A DNA stretch of 64,000 nt from Pirellulales bacterium. GTDB taxonomy: Bacteria > Planctomycetota > Planctomycetia > Pirellulales > PALSA-1355. The DNA lies in the NCBI GenBank assembly GCA_963733035.1, contig CAVTBU010000006.1, positions 576,001 to 640,000 on the forward strand, in the 5' to 3' direction. Each line of letters begins with the position of its first letter. Positions within the stretch are counted from its first letter, which is position 1. The notes under the pieces are model-generated. The model did no database searches and was not told the origin of the DNA. It saw only the letters and a program-made list of their open reading frames with translations. This document shows positions 9,387 to 20,851 of the stretch, in pieces. A program made the translations under genes and the position numbers.

Positions 9387-11894
9387 TTCATTGGCGGTAC
9401 GCCCTCCGTGAGTTACAGCGGCGACCTGGTCGCTGGATTGTCAGCCTGCTCAGCGTCGTGATTGCCGTTGCCGCCATAGTGGCGGTAAGCTCCGCTACCA
9501 TCACCACGCGGATGGCCTATCAGCAGGTCTTCGAAGCCTTGTCGGGTCGCGCGGATTTAGAGGTCGTCGCCCACGGTGGCGGACACTTTAGCGAGAGCAT
9601 CGCCGCGAAGATTGAATCCGTGCCCGGTACCCGCTCCGTCGTGCCGGTCTTCCACCGCGGCACAATTATCTATGCTCATGGCGGCAACAAGGCCAAGGCG
9701 CTGACTGTCGGCTTTGTGCCCGATAACCCCGAAACGTTGACCGGGTTGGAGGTGCTGCAGGGCAAATTGCCGAGTCGTCCCAACGAGATCGCCGTTCAAT
9801 CGAGCCTTTCAACGGCACTTAATGTCTCAGTGGGGAGCAACGTTCGACTATTGACTTCCGCCGGCCTCCGCAATTTTACGATAACGGGAATCGTTGAGCC
9901 GGAAACGGCCGCGCGTTTGCGACAGGGTGGAATGGTGCTTGCTCGGTTGGATGCTTTGCAGCGGCTTTTCCGCGCGCGGCCAAGTAGACGCTTTACAGAT
10001 TCTCTTGTCGGCGACGTCCGATGTGAACAAGGCAATTTCCGCATACTCCCGAGTCTTGCCCGCCGAACTAAAGGTGCAAATTCCTTCGGCCCGCAGCGGG
10101 TTGGCCGAGGAAACTTTGTTGCTAACGCAGGTCAGCTTGAACATGGCCAGCGCGCTGTCGTTTACCACGGCCGTCTTCATTGTGCTCAGTGTGTTTCTGA
10201 TGAGCGTTGGTGAACGGAGACGGCAGCTCGCCATCCTGCATGCCATCGGTGCGACGCGCCGACAGATTGTGGGAATGATATCGACTGAAGCACTGCTGCT
10301 TGGAATCGGCGGTACGGTTCTGGGGATCCCGCTGGGCGTTTACGGCGGAAGTTTTCTTATCAGGTCGATGGGGACTTTGTTGCAAACCGATTTACCCGCG
10401 GCGCCCGACCTGAGATGGGCGATCGGGGTGGGTGCCGTCGTGGGTCCGGTGATTTGTCTGTTGGCCGCTTGGTATCCCGCACGAAAGGCATCGAAAGTAT
10501 CACCGGTCGAAGGGATGCGACCGGCAGTGGATTTAAACCAAAAAACGAGCCGACGCTGGACCTCGATTGTGGGATTTGCCGGATTGTTGATCTCCTTGCT
10601 CTTGGCAATAGCCACGGTGCGTGGCGATGTTCCGGTTTGGGCCGCCGTCGTGGGGCTGATCATTTCGCTGGTATCGTTCATTTTGCTGATTCCACTCGTG
10701 CTGACGCCTATTGTCAGGTTTCTGGGTTACCCCTTGCTCAAGCTGTTTGGCTTGGAAGGCGAGATGTCGCAGCGGATCATCCTTCGACGAGTCACGCGCA
10801 GTTCGCTGACGATCGGGGTGCTGTTCATTGCCGTTTCCGCTGCCGTTGGAACCGGCAACGCCGTGTTCAGTATCACTGACGACGTTCGCACTTGGTACGA
10901 GCGCACGATCACGGCCGATTTCCTGCTGCGACCTATGATGCCGGAGATGTCAGGCGAACGGGCAGCAAGCATGAGTGAGTCGCTGCGGAGCAAGATTTCA
11001 GGTCTCAAGGGCGTGGAAATGGTCGATGCGATCAGCCTGGCCCGCGTCGATGCGAACGGGCAGGACGCAATGCTTGTCGCGCGGGACTTCAGCCTGTACG
11101 ATCAGGTTCCGCTGGATCTTATCAGCGGCGATCCCGAATCGGTCGATCGGGAGCTACGAAGCGGTGCCGTGGTAGTTGGTTCCGTGCTGGCTGAGAAAGC
11201 CGGTGTGCAACCTGGCGATTCCATGAAGGTGACCTTCGGTACCGAGAGTCACGAATTCCCGGTGGCCGCAATTGCGACCGAATACACTTTTGGCGGTGCG
11301 ATCCTGTCGCTCGACCGCAAGGTTGCCCAGCGCATATTACATGTGGATGGAGTCGACACGTACCTGATAAAGGCCCAGGCCGGAAGCGTTCGCCAGCTAG
11401 CGCCAAAGCTGGAAGCCATGGCGGAAAAGAACGGTCTGCTGTTGCAATCGTTCGTCGAGTTGTGGGGGCTGATCGATTCAATGGTGACCGGCGTCACCGG
11501 CGGGCTGTGGGTGCTATTGGCCCTCGGTCTCCTGGTGGGTGGATTGGGCGTCGTGAACACGCTGACCATGAACGTACTGGAACAAACCCGAGAACTCGGC
11601 ATGTTGCGGGCGATCGGCATGCGTCGTCGACAAATCGTGAAGACCGTGCTTGGTCAGGCGGCATATTTGGGTATCATTGGTGTCGTTGCCGGCGCAATTT
11701 CCGGCTTGTCGCTGGCGCACTCGATCAACCTGACTTTGGGTTCGATGTTTGGTCGCTACGTTCCCTTCGCCATGCGTGGATACTTTCTGTTGGTGCTCGT
11801 GTTGGCGGGACTGACGGTTGTAATGCTCTCTGCGATTTTGCCTGCCAGGCGAGCCGCCCGGTTGAGCCCGATTCAGGCCATGCGGCAGGAGTAG
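9383..11894 (+). CDS. ABC transporter permease, duplicated FtsX/MacB type (frameshift near 9975)
   Basis: Two MacB periplasmic plus FtsX repeats (ERRRQLAILHAIGA; EQTRELGMLRAIGM); split across ORFs 9383-10213 and 9894-11894 at a CGCGCGC run. Confidence 0.9.
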
Positions 11895-11941
11895 GACTCA
11901 AGGGGTTTTCGGCTTTTGCGCCTTGATAACCGGAGGATAGC

Positions 11942-12559
11942 ATGATCGCCAGACTCCAGTTTCTGGCTTTGACGCTGGTGTTCTCCGCGCTGGCGTCCGC
12001 CGCGGAGCCTCTCCAGCTATTTCAAGACGACGAACAGGCCGTTACGTTCAAGCTCCAGAATGGCGAGGGCAAGATCCCCCAGCTGCTGTTGTTTAGCGCG
12101 TCAAACCAGGCCGAGACGGCCGACAGTATCAACTACTGGCGCGGCACGCCCAACCTGAACGAGAATGGCGTCGTGGTAGAATTTAAGGCCATTCGATTTC
12201 TTCGCTGCGAGGGCTCGCCCGATGAGTTGGTTGTCCGCCTGGTGGGGATCAAGAACGAGTTGGAACTCGGCGAGAGAATCTCTGTGCAGGAATTGCAAAG
12301 CGGGACGCGTCAGAAGTTTCATTTCGGTCCCGTGGTGATGGGTGCCCCCGGCTTGATCACCGGAACCACCGATGCCGTGATGCTCTTGAGCTATGATCCG
12401 TCGAATCGCACGCTCAAGATCCCTGAAGTCTCCGGCAAGTTCCAGTGGAAGCGGCTGTTCTACGATCCTCAGGAGGATTCCGGAGAGCTCACCAACGTCA
12501 CCGGCGAAGTGGGCGAAGTAGCGCCCGGAGACACCGTCCTCAGGCCGCCGCAAGATTGA
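11942..12559 (+). CDS. Hypothetical secreted protein
   Basis: GGAGG RBS; signal peptide ending ASA-AEP. Confidence 0.7.
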   Translation: MIARLQFLALTLVFSALASAAEPLQLFQDDEQAVTFKLQNGEGKIPQLLLFSASNQAETADSINYWRGTPNLNENGVVVEFKAIRFLRCEGSPDELVVRLVGIKNELELGERISVQELQSGTRQKFHFGPVVMGAPGLITGTTDAVMLLSYDPSNRTLKIPEVSGKFQWKRLFYDPQEDSGELTNVTGEVGEVAPGDTVLRPPQD

Positions 12560-12900
12560 TGCGTTCCTAGATGCGCTGGTCGATTGCGACGTCGCCGAAC
12601 GGTAGAACCTTCGCGCCGTTGGATCTGGAATTTTGCTGCTGACGACGGTTTGACAAAGGCGTACAACGTTGCGCTTTCAGCCGAGCTGACCAGCGGCTTG
12701 GGACCATCGACCTTTCCGAATGGATGTCGCTCATGCCCTCCGCGCCGATTCAATCCGTTTCGAATCGACGTGACGCACGATCACGGCTCTCGAGATCCAA
12801 GCTCTTGAATCCTGGCGTTTTTGTCGGTCTCCGCTGCGATTTTGGCATCGCAAATGCAATTCGAAAGTGGTCGCGTTTACGGTTCCTTTTTCTCGCGGTT

Positions 12901-12962
12901 TGACGGTAATCCACATCGGGTGATGTTTTACGTCAGTCCATAGCACGGACTCGTCACATGAC
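12901..12962. promoter_or_regulatory. Cluster of palindromes upstream of the Hyf-like/Ehr operon (possible operator or leader structure)
   Basis: TGACG-gtaatcc-ACATC-gggt-GATGT-ttta-CGTCA (12901-12935), GTCC-N7-GGAC (12936-12950) and GTCA-ca-TGAC (12953-12962). Confidence 0.35.
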
Positions 12963-13042
12963 ATTTGAGTTGATTTTTGCTTGCTCAAGCGCCATGATAT
13001 CGCGGTCACTAGTCTTCTTGCGCGATGCCAGATGGTGCGAAT

Positions 13043-15027
13043 ATGGACGGGTTCGCTTCGCAATTGCTAATCGGCGTCGCCGTTACGGCAGCAAGCGGCA
13101 TTCCTGGATTTTTCTCGGGTCGTCGTTCTCTTGTCGGCCAGTGGGTAACGACGGCGTTGGCCGTCGGAGGCAGCGGTTTTGGCTTGTGGGGTACTTGCGC
13201 GCGATCCAGGCGCCGCCGACTACGATTATGCAGTTTCCGTCGCCGATTGCAGGCGCGGATTTCGCGCTGGCAACCGACGCCATCTCTTCGTTTTTCCTGG
13301 TACCGATCTTTCTGATAACGTTGCTGGGTTCGGTCTATGGACTGAGCTACTGGAAACAAGATGAGCATCCGGACAACGGCCGACGGTTGCGGGCGTTCTA
13401 CGGATTGCTGAGCGCCAGTTTGGCGGTACTGGTGCTGGCGCACAACTCGGTGACCTTCTTGTTCGGCTGGGAAGGGATGGCAATATCCGCGTTCCTCCTC
13501 GTTGCCACGGAGGACCGTGATCCCGAGGCTCGATCCGCCGGCTGGCTATACCTCGCCGCAAGCCACTTTGCGACGCTGTGCCTGTTCGCGATGTTTGCGC
13601 TGCTGTACGGATTGACCGGTAGTTTTGACCTCGTGCCGCTGACGGCCGAATCCCTCAGTCCCGCCGCAGTGAATCTCGTATTTCTGCTCGCGCTCGCGGG
13701 TTTTGGTTTAAAGGCTGGCGTGATGCCGCTGCACTTCTGGTTGCCAAATGCGCATGCGATGGCACCCAGTCATGTATCAGCCATCATGTCAGGCGTGATG
13801 ATCAAGGCTGGGATCTACGGCATGGTGCGGATGACCTCGATCCTGCCGCCGGTTCCGCTGTGGTGCGGCGTGCTGCTCATGTCGCTGGGTGTTGTTTCGG
13901 CCGTTTTGGGTGTTGCCTTTGCACTGGGACAACATGATTTAAAGCGGCTGCTGGCATACCACAGTATTGAAAACATTGGCATTATTGTCATCGGCCTGGC
14001 ACTTGCGGTTCTTGGCCGAACCTTGGGACAGGAGACTTGGATCGTACTCGGTCTGTCTGGAAGTCTGTTGCATGTCTGGAATCATTCGCTGTTCAAGTCA
14101 CTCCTGTTCTTTTGCGCCGGGTCAGTGATTCACACTTGTCACACGCGAGAAATCGATTTGTTGGGTGGCCTGGCGCGCACGATGCCGTGGACCGCGGGAT
14201 GTTTTTTACTCGGGGCAGTGGCGATTTGCGGATTGCCCCCCCTGAACGGATTCGTCAGCGAGTTTTTGATTTATATTGGTCTGTTTCGCACGCTGGGGAT
14301 CGGAGCCGAACAAGGACTACCGGCAACCGCGTTCGCCGTGCCCGCATTGGCGATGATGGGCGCATTGGCGGTGGCCTGCTTTGTCAAAGTGTTCGGGGTC
14401 GTATTCCTGGGCGTAAATCGGTCGCCCGAGCCGCGAGACACGCACGAAGCACCTTGGCCAATGATCGTGCCGCCATGCTTGTTGGCTATTTGCTGCGTGA
14501 TGATCGGATTGGCGCCAACGCTGCTGGTGTCGCCGCTGGATCGAGCGGTCGCAGCCTGGACTATCCAACCGCTGGCTGCAGGGTCTACGTTGATCAACCT
14601 GGCGCCGCTTGCAAAACTCAGTCTGGCGTCAGTTGTTTTGTTGGTCATGCTGATCATTGGCACCGCTTTATTGTCACGGCGGCTACGCGCCTTCCCGTTC
14701 GCGCGGGCTGAAACTTGGGGGTGCGGTTACACTGCGCCGACGCCGAGGATGCAATACACGGCCTCGTCGTTCGCGCAGATGCTGGTTTCGCTGTTCAGTT
14801 GGGCATTGCGGCCAACCGTTCATCGACCGCATTTGGAATCGCTTTTCCCCGCTGACGCAACCTACGAGAGTCACGTACCGGAGGTTGTGTTGGAACGAGT
14901 CGTCTCGCCGTTTTTTGATTTCTTCGCTCGCGTCTTTCAGTGGTGTCGTCTGGTACAGCAGGGAAACGTCCAGATTTATCTCCTTTACATATTGAGCGCG
15001 TTGGTTCTGTTATTGTTATTGCTCTAG
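13043..15027 (+). CDS. hyfB: HyfB-like antiporter-type membrane subunit of an Ehr complex (frameshift at GGGG near 13190)
   Basis: FLFGWEGM, GFGLKAG..PLHFWLPNAH, LLAYHSIENIG, LPPLNGFVSE, TWGCGY..RMQYTASSF. Confidence 0.88.
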
Positions 15028-15123
15028 CGATTTTTTGCGAATACAGCGGTGAGCCGATAGCGCCGTCCACACTGGGCTCGTTGAGTCGGTCTCGATTCGT
15101 CGCATAGCACTCTGCACATCATC

Positions 15124-16035
15124 ATGATCAACTTTTTTCTTCACCTGCTCTTGATAGTTGTGTTGCCGCCGTTCTTACTGGGTATCATCAATCGCACGAA
15201 GGCCTTTTTCGGTGGACGTCAGGGACCACCGCTACTCCAACCGTATTTCGACCTCTGGCGTCTGTTCCGCAAGGGAACGGTAGTGAGCGCGACGACAACC
15301 TGGTTATTCTCTTTTGGCGCAGTCGTCGGAATCGTGACAGTCGTTCTGGCCGCAATGCTCGTACCGTTGGGTACCGCGGGCGCTCCGTTCTCGTTCGATG
15401 GCGATTTCTTACTCTTTGCTTATTTGCTCGCGCTCGGCCGTTTCATGCTGGTCTTATCGGCGCTCGATACGGGGTCGTCGTTTGAAGGGATGGGGGCGGC
15501 GCGGGACGTGAGCTTTGCGTGTTTTGCGGAGCCAACGATGTTCCTGTGTTTACTCGCTCAGGCTCAAGCAGCCGGATCGCTACGGATGGTCGACCTGTTT
15601 GCTGGTCCCCTGGCAGCCAAAGCCAGCGTGGGAGCGCCATTGTTTTTAGTGGCGACCGCCTGGTTCCTGTTGATGCTTGCGGAGAATTGCCGCATTCCGT
15701 TTGACGATCCCAATACGCACCTCGAATTGACGATGCTTCACGAAGTGATCGTGCTGGATCACAGCGGCATTTTGTTGGCCCTTGTTCAACTGGCTGCCTC
15801 GCTTAAGCTGTTCTTGTATGCATCGCTTGTCGTGCGACTAGTCGTGCCAATCGTTTCAGGTCATGCGTTGCTCAATTTGTTTGTGTTTGTCGCGTGCGTA
15901 ATTGTCGTGGCCGGAGTGGTGGGTATCGTGGAATCGGTCATGGCTCGGTTGCGTTTGAAGCTCGTGCCCCATGTGCTGGCGGCAGCAGGCGTTGTGGCGG
16001 CGTTTGGACTCGTTTTGTTGCTGACGATACCATGA
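15124..16035 (+). CDS. hyfC: HyfC/HycD (NuoH-like) membrane subunit
   Basis: GRQGPPLLQPYFDL, DTGSSFEGMGAAR, ENCRIPFDDPNTHLELTMLHE. Confidence 0.9.
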   Translation: MINFFLHLLLIVVLPPFLLGIINRTKAFFGGRQGPPLLQPYFDLWRLFRKGTVVSATTTWLFSFGAVVGIVTVVLAAMLVPLGTAGAPFSFDGDFLLFAYLLALGRFMLVLSALDTGSSFEGMGAARDVSFACFAEPTMFLCLLAQAQAAGSLRMVDLFAGPLAAKASVGAPLFLVATAWFLLMLAENCRIPFDDPNTHLELTMLHEVIVLDHSGILLALVQLAASLKLFLYASLVVRLVVPIVSGHALLNLFVFVACVIVVAGVVGIVESVMARLRLKLVPHVLAAAGVVAAFGLVLLLTIP

Positions 16036-16700
16036 ATCTCACAGTAACTGATTCCTTCCTCGTGGTTGTGGTGTTGATCAACTTCTTTCTGTTAGCCACG
16101 GGAAGTTTGCGCACGATCATCTATGCCGCCGCCCTGCAAGGCGCGATCCTCGGTATCGTCTACCCCCTGGCTCACCAGGGACTGCACGAGAGCGGCGCAG
16201 CCGTCGTCAGCATGCGGCTATTGGCACTGGCGGCGGCCATGATTGCCATTAAAGGAATCGTCATGCCCAGGATGCTTAATTTCGCCATGCGCGAGGCGCA
16301 CGTTTCCTGGCAGATCGATCCCTATCTGGGGCTCACTGCTTCACTGCTGCTGGGCGCAGTGGGGACTGGACTGATTATGGCCCTGTCATCCAGACTGCCG
16401 CTCCGACAAGAACATCTAAGCCATTTACTGGTGCCGGCATCGTTGGCAACCGTGTTGGCTGGGTTCTTAATCCTGACAACCCGTCGCGAGGCTCTAACGC
16501 AGGTGGTGGGCTACCTCGTTCTCGAGAATGGCATCTTCATCTTTGGGCTGCTATTGGTCGAGGCGATGCCGTTAATTGTTGAAGTGGGCGTCTTGCTGGA
16601 CCTGTTCGTAGGTGTGTTTGTAATGGGGATTATCATCTACCATGTCAACCGGCAGTTTTCGGCCGCGACGACTGATCACCTCTCTGCATTGAAGGATTGA
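16032..16700 (+). CDS. hyfE: HyfE-like membrane subunit
   Basis: QVVGYLVLENGI, VEVGVLLD; ATGA overlap with hyfC. Confidence 0.88.
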   Translation: MNLTVTDSFLVVVVLINFFLLATGSLRTIIYAAALQGAILGIVYPLAHQGLHESGAAVVSMRLLALAAAMIAIKGIVMPRMLNFAMREAHVSWQIDPYLGLTASLLLGAVGTGLIMALSSRLPLRQEHLSHLLVPASLATVLAGFLILTTRREALTQVVGYLVLENGIFIFGLLLVEAMPLIVEVGVLLDLFVGVFVMGIIIYHVNRQFSAATTDHLSALKD

Positions 16701-16703
16701 TCT

Positions 16704-18135
16704 ATGGCCGAGCTGTTGGTATTGCTTCCAATGGCCTGGGCCGCCCTGGCCTTCGTCGTCCCCTCCAACCGCTCGCGCCCTTGGTTGTTGCCTCTATGCG
16801 GCCTAACGCATTTGGCGCTGACTCTGCGCGCTTGACGAGTCACGGCTCACTGGTTTCGGCAATTGGCTCAACCTAGATCCCCTCGGCAAGCTATTCCTGG
16901 GCTTAATCAGCGTCCTATTCATGCTGTGTGCCTGCTACGTGCCCGGCTATCTGGCGCATCGCGAACAGCGAAACAATCGCGTCTTCTGTTCCTGCCTGAT
17001 GTTATCGCTGGCGATGATGACCCTAATTACTCTTTCGCATCACCTGGGGCTGATGTGGGTGGCCATGGAAGCGACAACGTTGGTCACGGCGCCGGGTTTG
17101 TACTTCAATCACAATCCGCGTTCTTTGGAGGCTACCTGGAAGTACCTCTTGGTCTGCTCGGTTGGAATCGCACTGGCCCTGCTGGGGTCACTGTTCCTGG
17201 CCTATGCTGCACTTCATGCGGGGCTGGAATCGACATTGCTGTTCGATGACTTGGTGCACGTTGCTCCCCACTTGTCGCTCCCCTGGCTCAATGCGGCCTT
17301 TGTGTTTCTATTCGTCGGTTACGGTACGAAGATGGGCCTCGCGCCGATGCACACTTGGAAGCCCGATGCTTATGGCGAGGCGCCGGGGGTGATTGGCGCG
17401 CTACTGGCTGGTGGCCTAACGAATTGTGCGTTCCTGGCCATTTTGAGATTTGTGCATATCGCCCGCGCCGCTCACGACGCTGACTTCGTGCAGCGAATCA
17501 TGGTCTTCGCCGGCCTGTTTTCCATGGCTCTGGCGGCGGTTTTCATGGCCCGACAGCGCGACTTTAAACGCATGTTGGCTTATTCCAGCGTGGAACACAT
17601 GGGCATCCTGGTCCTTGGAGTGGGCATTGGAGGTGCGGCCACGTTTGCCGCGCTGTTACATGCCATTAACAACGGGTTAACCAAAGGAGTCTTATTCCTT
17701 TCCGCAGGCAATATTCACAGGGCCTACGGCACAAAGATGACCGCAGACGTGCAAGGTGTACTCCATCGCTTGCCGCTGACAGGGTGGTTGTTTATTCTTG
17801 GATTTCTCGCAATTACCGGCTCGCCTCCCTTTGGCCCTTTTATCAGCGAATTCTCCTTGCTCTCGGCCGCCTTCCGCGAAGGACATTTTGTGGCGGGAGG
17901 GATGTTCTCGCTATTTCTGCTGGTCATCTTCATCGGGTTCGGTGCAACGGTCACGACGATGACCTTCGGTACCCCCAGTCGCGCCGCCGAGAACACAAAC
18001 TTTCGCGATACTTTCGCGACGTGTTGGCCGATCGTGGTCTTGTTATTGCTGGTCCTCTTGTTGGGTATCTACCTGCCGCCGCGCGTGACGTTGATCTTGC
18101 ATGAGGCTAATTCATTTCTGGAGTCGACTCCCTAG
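16704..18135 (+). CDS. hyfF: HyfF-like antiporter-type membrane subunit (frameshift near 16830)
   Basis: WVAMEATT, SLEATWKY, GYGTKMGLAPMHTWKPDA, KRMLAYSSVEHMG; N-terminal MAELLVLLP segment lies in another frame. Confidence 0.88.
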
Positions 18136-18174
18136 TACGTCCAAGTCCCTTGGCCAACATCGAGAAACCTGACG

Positions 18175-19703
18175 ATGACCGCCATTCGTAAAACGCCTGT
18201 CCTCCGCAATGGTGAAGCGGTCTCGTTGGCTAAGGTGCCAGTCTTGGATTTTAATGAGTTCCGCGAAACCGTGGTTGTGCCGGCAGCATGGGGATCGATG
18301 CGGCTCGCGGCGCTGTTCGGTCAGCCGTGCGACGACGGCGTCCGGCTGTATGCCGTGCTCACGGACCCAACGGAAGGGCTAATTAGTGCCTGCGCGACGG
18401 ACCTCCACGAGGACAGCTACCCCTCGCTTACGCCGGATTGCCCCAGGGCCCACAACTTTGAGCGAGAAATCGCTGAGCAATGGGGCGTGGTTCCCCTTGG
18501 ACACCCGTGGTTCAAGCCACTACGTTACCACCACTCCTATCGCCCCGGCCACGACGCCTGGGGGCGCTCTGTGGGTGAGTCGATCTTACCCGCGGTGACG
18601 GACTACTTTCAGGTCAAGGGAAGCGAGATACACGAGGTCGCTGTCGGACCCGTGCATGCCGGCGTGATCGAACCTGGCAGTTTTCGCTTTCAATGTCACG
18701 GCGAGCACGTGTTCCATCTTGAAGTACAACTGGGCTATCAACACCGAGGTGTCGAACAGGCGCTCGTCGGCGGTCCCAATAAGCGTACGATTCACTATCT
18801 GGAGACGTTGGCTGGCGACACAACGATCGGCCATGCCACGGCTTATTGCCAGGCAGTCGAAGGTCTGGCCCGTTGTCAGCCATCGCTGCGCGCTCAGGCG
18901 ATTCGTGGAATAGCGCTCGAGTTGGAGCGCCTCGCGTGCCACACCGGTGACCTTGGCGCTTTGGCCGATGACGTAGGATACCTGCCGACTGCCAACTATT
19001 GTGGCCGCCTCCGCGGTGACTTCCTCAACTCGACTGCCGAAATCTGTGGCAGCCGCTTCGGACGCGGTCTGGTAAGGCCAAGTGGAGTCAGCTTCGACAT
19101 CGAGCCCAAAGTGGTCGAGTCCTTGATCGCCCGCCTTAAGGCGGCACTGCGTGACGTTGGCGGGGCAACGCAACTGCTTTGGGACAGTCTTTCGGTGCAG
19201 GCCCGATTTGTGAATACGGGCGTACTCAAGACCGAGATCGCCGACATATTGGGAATCGTCGGCGTCGCCCAACGAAGTTCGGGCATCGAGCGGGACGTGC
19301 GACAGGATTTTCCGGCCGGCATCTTTCGTTCGGCTCAGATCGCGGCGGCTACCCAGCCGGCCGGCGATGTCTTTGCCCGCGCCTATGTGCGCGGACTTGA
19401 AATTGAGCGTTCCGGAGCGTTTGTGCTCGATCAACTACATACCTTGCATCCTGGCGCCTGCACGAGGAATTGCGTCCATTGGCACCCGATGCATTTGTCG
19501 TCTCGCTGGTAGAAGGCTGGCGCGGCAAGATCTGCCACGTAGCCATCACCGACGCGCACGGGAAGTTCGCTCGGTACAAAATCGTCGACCCTTCGTTCCA
19601 CAATTGGATCGGGCTAATGATGGCCTTGCGCGATCAACAGATTTCGGACTTTCCTCTCTGCAACAAGAGTTTCAATTTATCGTATTGCGGACACGATTTG
19701 TAA
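18175..19703 (+). CDS. Ehr large subunit (HyfG/HycE-like NuoC+NuoD fusion) lacking Ni-binding cysteines (frameshift near 19460)
   Basis: FEREIAEQWG, VGPVHAGVIEPGSFRF, GYQHRG, VEGWRG, DPSFHNW, DFPLCNKSFNLSYCGHDL; no CxxC at the L1 or L2 positions. Confidence 0.88.
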
Positions 19704-19748
19704 GCGTGACAGCGATAGCGAGTAGAACCAACTCAGGAATGCAAAAAC

Positions 19749-20546
19749 ATGTTCGGTGTCCTGCGTGAGCGTCTTCAACAAGGTTTTCGCACCGCATCCT
19801 ATCCAGACGAGCCCGCGCCGGCGCGTCCCGCGCGATTTCGTGGCTTGCCGGTGCTCGATGGGAGCAAATGTCCTAATGGGTGCCAGGCCTGCGCAGAAGC
19901 ATGCCCGACAGATGCGATTCAAGACGCCGATGGCCAATTGCGCCTTGACATGGGACGCTGTTTGTTCTGCATCGACTGCCTGCAAGCTTGCCCGGAAGGC
20001 GCCATTGAATTTACCAATGACTACCGTCTTGCGGCGCGAACACGAGATGATTTGTTCATCGGTGGCGAACGATTTGAAGCGGCTCAAGCACTGGAAGAAC
20101 GGATCCGGCGGATCTTCGGCCGATCGCTCCGGCTACGACAGGTTAGCGCCGGGGGTTGCAACGCATGCGAGGCCGATGTCAATGTGCTCAACACGGTTGT
20201 ATTTGATCTTAGTCGTTTCGGTATTCAGATTGTCGCTTCGCCGCGGCACGCTGACGGACTACTGATCACCGGGCCTGTCACGGAGAACATGAGGATTGCG
20301 CTGCAGAAAACCTATGATGCAATTCCAGAACCCAAGCTGGTGATCGCTGTGGGTGCATGCGCCATTTCCGGTGGACCATACATTGGACATAGTCAGGTCC
20401 ACAACGGCGCCGATAGCGTCTTACCGGTCGATCTATATATCCCCGGCTGTCCGCCCAATCCCTGGACGATTCTTGACGGCTTGTTGCGCCTACTGGGTCG
20501 TCTTGACGTCAGCCATCCAGACTTCGCAGGCGCGCCAAAAAAGTAG
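19749..20546 (+). CDS. Fused 2x[4Fe-4S] ferredoxin (HyfH-like) and NuoB-like small subunit (HyfI-like)
   Basis: CPNGCQACAEACP and CLFCIDCLQACP; GGCNACE, SPRHADGL, GACAISGG, PGCPP. Confidence 0.9.
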   Translation: MFGVLRERLQQGFRTASYPDEPAPARPARFRGLPVLDGSKCPNGCQACAEACPTDAIQDADGQLRLDMGRCLFCIDCLQACPEGAIEFTNDYRLAARTRDDLFIGGERFEAAQALEERIRRIFGRSLRLRQVSAGGCNACEADVNVLNTVVFDLSRFGIQIVASPRHADGLLITGPVTENMRIALQKTYDAIPEPKLVIAVGACAISGGPYIGHSQVHNGADSVLPVDLYIPGCPPNPWTILDGLLRLLGRLDVSHPDFAGAPKK

Positions 20547-20661
20547 GACGCGATCCGCGCTCGACTGACCACGCCGGAGGGGGGATTGCACCGGGATGAA
20601 TTGCGATTCGATGAGGCCTGCATCCAGCAGCCAGTCGCGACCGTCACACGATGAAAGAGAG

Positions 20662-20717
20662 GTACCGAAGGTGGGACTTGACCCCACACGCCCTTGCGGG
20701 CACTGGATTTTGAGTCC
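20662..20717 (-). repeat. Duplicated 3' part of tRNA-Leu(CAA), attR-like
   Basis: Matches 25308-25363 at 55 of 56 nt (mismatch at 20682); identity starts in the anticodon stem. Confidence 0.92.
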
Positions 20718-20851
20718 GTAAATAGTTTATAGCCGACTGCGCCGGCCGACAATTCCCCGCATAAAACTGCCGACCACGTCTTCGCATCGCGCGTTGTTAT
20801 CCCGTCTGCCGGCGCGGGCGTCGGCGAATGCGAGCCCATCTTGAAGCACAC

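Noticed and set aside
12650..12680. Perfect TTGACA as a promoter for the Ehr operon
   Set aside because: No acceptable -10 hexamer at 16-18 nt spacing.
16833..16835. In-frame TGA in hyfF as selenocysteine or readthrough
   Set aside because: The homologous sequence continues in a different frame, so readthrough would not restore it; a lost GC unit explains it.
18175..19703. Functional [NiFe] hydrogenase-4 or formate hydrogenlyase
   Set aside because: Both Ni-binding CxxC motifs are absent and no maturation or FDH genes are in the window.
20662..20717. A second functional tRNA-Leu
   Set aside because: It lacks the 5' acceptor strand and D arm and has a T-arm substitution; it is an att-type fragment.
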